DNA of 64,000 bases, taken from Acidobacteriota bacterium. GTDB lineage: Bacteria > Acidobacteriota > Thermoanaerobaculia > Gp7-AA8. Both the position numbers and the translations under genes were made by a program. The notes under the pieces are model-generated. The model ran no database searches and was not told where the DNA came from. It saw nothing but the letters and a program-made list of their open reading frames with translations. Of this stretch, positions 61,737-64,000 are shown piece after piece (position 1 is the first letter of the stretch; each line of letters opens with the position of its first letter). The DNA is taken from positions 74,733 to 138,732 of the forward strand of contig JAFAOU010000132.1 in assembly GCA_019247495.1 (NCBI GenBank). The letters are read 5' to 3'.

Positions 61737-62506
61737 GGCCCGACTCCGGCCGGCAAGGTGCCGATGATGTCGTTCATCAACGGCTCGATGTCAGCGATCG
61801 CGTTGCGCCACAGCAAATGCGAGCCGGCCAGCCAGAGGACGATGATCAGCGACAGCGTCCAGATCCACGGCTTGAGGTATGGCAGCTCGGTGATGTGGCC
61901 TTCGTTGAGCGTGGCCGCGTAAGCCTGCGGCATCACTCGCTCGGCGCCCTGCACCACCTGCGGATCGCGCGTGTAGATGAAACGGAAGAGCCGGCGGCGA
62001 TACGACTCGATCACTTCGTCGCCGTCCGGCCGCCCGCGATACTTGCCCTGGAAGCCGAGGGCGAGCACCGTCAGATAGATGCGGGCCAGTTCGCCGTACA
62101 GCGTGTCGCGGTCGCGAAGGAGAGCGTCGATGCGCTCGAACAACTGCTCGCCCGCGCCGTGCGTCCCGAACAGCTTTGCCTCGAGAAGATGCTCCCGCCA
62201 CGCTTCGCGTCCCGGCCAATCGAGGTTGATGAAGATCTCATCGGCCAGCGCCGCCTGCGCGTACTGTGCGCGGCGATAAATCTCGAGACCGAAGTCGCCG
62301 CCGTCGCGCGCCGCATCGAGCGATTGCCGCTCGAGCAATCCGACCAGCTTGCGCCACACACCGCTGGGAGATTCGCGCGGCTCTGCCGCCGGATTCGCAC
62401 CTCCCTCACCCTGAAACACCCACGACCCTTCTGCCACCCGGCCGCGGAGCTGAAGCACCTCTGCATAGAACTGCTGGAACTTGTCGATGAGGAACATGAG
62501 GATCAC
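61733..62506 (-). CDS. tssL: TssL (DotU-like) membrane-complex protein
   Basis: 257 aa. Cytoplasmic DotU-like domain and a C-terminal TM PWIWTLSLIIVLWLAGSHLLW. GTG at 62506 overlaps the tssK stop; an alternative ATG lies at 62497. Confidence 0.85.
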   Translation of the reverse strand: MILMFLIDKFQQFYAEVLQLRGRVAEGSWVFQGEGGANPAAEPRESPSGVWRKLVGLLERQSLDAARDGGDFGLEIYRRAQYAQAALADEIFINLDWPGREAWREHLLEAKLFGTHGAGEQLFERIDALLRDRDTLYGELARIYLTVLALGFQGKYRGRPDGDEVIESYRRRLFRFIYTRDPQVVQGAERVMPQAYAATLNEGHITELPYLKPWIWTLSLIIVLWLAGSHLLWRNAIADIEPLMNDIIGTLPAGVGP

Positions 62507-63858
62507 ATGGCGTTGCGGACAAACAGAACGATGGATTCGGGACGGAGCTGACCCTGGGTTGCGGGATTGATGACCACCAGGTCTTCACCCGGTACGAGGA
62601 ATTGCGGATCGACGGACAACGAGTAGAGCGACATCCCGCGCGGAGGCACGAGGTCCGTATCGGCATCGACGCGTTTCCGGCGTAGTCCCATCACCCGGTG
62701 ATCGCGCAGAGACGGAATGCTGGCCGCGCCGGCGATGACGCTGGCCGCCACCCACGCGCCCATGTCCTGATCCGAAACGCCCGACGGCGCTTGCACGCCG
62801 ACGATCAGTGAGCGCGCGGTCCAGTCGGGGTCGAACGCGATGCGGTACTCATCGCCCTCACGCCGGAACGTGTAGCGCGTGTACGCCTCATGGACGCCCT
62901 CCGAAACCGCGCGGTTGATGAACGCGTGCGCCTGCGCAAACGTCGCCTGCAGATCGTTGTGATCGTAAGGATCGAGCACGGGCGGGACGAGCGAGCGCCC
63001 CAGACCGGCCGCGTGTCCCACGAGCGAACAGAGCGCGACGTAAAGCGGAAAGGGATGCGCGACGCCTGTGCGGAGGACGGCCTCGAACGCGGGCAACTCG
63101 CCGGCGAGGCAGTGCACGAGGAGCTTCGTTTCGACGAGCTGCGCCGCGCTCGCCGCCATCGACGGAGTGCGCGCCTGATCGGCAAGAAAAGCCGCTTTCT
63201 CGCGCAACCGCGCCGCGACGGAGAGACAGACTTCGTACGTGGCCGATCCCGGCCCGACCCGCAGCCACGGCGGCTCGAACACCGTCCGCGCGAACACTTC
63301 ATTCCGATACGCGACCTCGGCCAGCGGAAAGCCGACGTACTTCGGCGGGAGGTCGTCGGCCACGACCAGCGCCAGCTTCGGCTTCAGCACCGGCATCGGC
63401 AGATCGCCTTCGCCGGTGTTCTCGTCGGCAACAGGACCAGCCTCGATCGATCCATAGCGTTCCGCGAACGCGAGGCCGCGTCCGCGCGCCGTCACCGCGA
63501 GATGCACCATCAACGGACGCTGTTTCATCTCGTCGGCGCGGGCCGTGAGATCGACGCTCAGCTCCGGGATTTCGCCGGCCGTGTGCGAGACCACCAGGCC
63601 GTCCGGCATCACCGCCTCCAGCTCGACGATGCGCAGGATGCCGTCGACGAGCAGGACGCGATCGATTTCCAGATGACGCACGCCCCAGTGGAAGGGCGAG
63701 ATCGCCGCGGCGTGATACTGGAGCAGACTCTCGTGCCGCAGCGACAGCCACTGGAAATGCTGCGGCGCCAGCAGCATCCCCTCGTGCCACTGGATTGCTC
63801 CCGGCAGCTCGCGCGCGGTCGTCTGCGCGCGGCCCTTGCGCCGCTCCCGCGCGCTCAC
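62503..63858 (-). CDS. tssK: TssK baseplate protein
   Basis: 451 aa. N-terminal IQWHEGMLLAPQHFQ is typical of TssK. The GTG start overlaps the upstream stop. Confidence 0.9.
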   Translation of the reverse strand: MSARERRKGRAQTTARELPGAIQWHEGMLLAPQHFQWLSLRHESLLQYHAAAISPFHWGVRHLEIDRVLLVDGILRIVELEAVMPDGLVVSHTAGEIPELSVDLTARADEMKQRPLMVHLAVTARGRGLAFAERYGSIEAGPVADENTGEGDLPMPVLKPKLALVVADDLPPKYVGFPLAEVAYRNEVFARTVFEPPWLRVGPGSATYEVCLSVAARLREKAAFLADQARTPSMAASAAQLVETKLLVHCLAGELPAFEAVLRTGVAHPFPLYVALCSLVGHAAGLGRSLVPPVLDPYDHNDLQATFAQAHAFINRAVSEGVHEAYTRYTFRREGDEYRIAFDPDWTARSLIVGVQAPSGVSDQDMGAWVAASVIAGAASIPSLRDHRVMGLRRKRVDADTDLVPPRGMSLYSLSVDPQFLVPGEDLVVINPATQGQLRPESIVLFVRNAM

Positions 63859-64000
63859 GGCTTGGCCTCCACGGTCAGATCGGTGTCGCCGAGCGTGATG
63901 GCGGACGGCTGCTGCGGCGGAACGACCGCACGATGCTCGCCCGCCGAATTGTAGTTGGCGAAGAGCACCACCTTCTTCGCGCCGATCTTGTACGGAATGC
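63855..64000 (-). CDS. tssJ: 3' end of upstream T6SS gene, probably tssJ (lipoprotein); truncated by the window edge
   Basis: Hand translation ...PYKIGAKKVVLFANYNSAGEHRAVVPPQQPSAITLGDTDLTVEAKP with stop at 63855-63857. The position before tssK-tssL-tssM and the C-terminal pattern fit TssJ, but only about 48 aa are visible. Confidence 0.4.
   Translation of the reverse strand, partial: IPYKIGAKKVVLFANYNSAGEHRAVVPPQQPSAITLGDTDLTVEAKP

Noticed and set aside
1-64000. Mobile elements, prophage or integrative island borders
   Set aside because: No transposase, integrase, recombinase or phage structural genes other than T6SS homologues were seen. The only insertion-like signature is the small element at the tssF/tssG junction.

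Overview
GC-rich (by eye about two-thirds G+C), gene-dense bacterial chromosomal window. I recognised no rRNA, tRNA, CRISPR array, transposase or integrase. The right half (about 33.6-64.0 kb) is a complete type VI secretion system. Its minus-strand core operon is tssJ (partial, probable)-tssK-tssL-tssM-tssA-tssB-tssC-hcp-tssE-tssF-tssG-clpV, followed by three overlap-coupled accessory genes: an unknown 262-aa protein, an SLT lytic transglycosylase and a membrane protein. It also has a vgrG locus (LysM protein, 925-aa EEP-fold protein, VgrG), a PAAR locus (PAAR, methyltransferase, calpain-like cysteine protease), and a small plus-strand operon (two proteins sharing a beta-sandwich module, a second LysM/PG-binding paralogue, a second methyltransferase). 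The left half holds an M13 peptidase with HDxxH in place of HExxH and a C-N hydrolase. Next come four genes in one strand run: a 3,495-aa repeat-rich secreted protein, a TonB-dependent-receptor-like barrel, a transmembrane STAND NTPase-WD40 protein and a TIR protein. The last three are joined by ATGA overlaps. Further along are a YtrA-type GntR/ABC exporter set preceded, in the same strand run, by homologues of the cyanobacterial alkane-pathway enzymes acyl-ACP reductase and aldehyde-deformylating oxygenase. There is also a 21-bp x 8-9 tandem array in a divergent promoter region, a FadL-type porin and a six-PKD lipoprotein. Best candidates for something new: (1) the split TIR / TM-STAND-WD40 module with a predicted periplasmic propeller and its coupling to envelope genes; (2) the AAR/ADO-like pair in a non-cyanobacterial-looking context, linked to an exporter; (3) unassigned T6SS cargo candidates (calpain-like protease, EEP giant, clpV-coupled unknown). 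All family calls were made by eye from motifs and remembered reference sequences, and none has been verified by a search.
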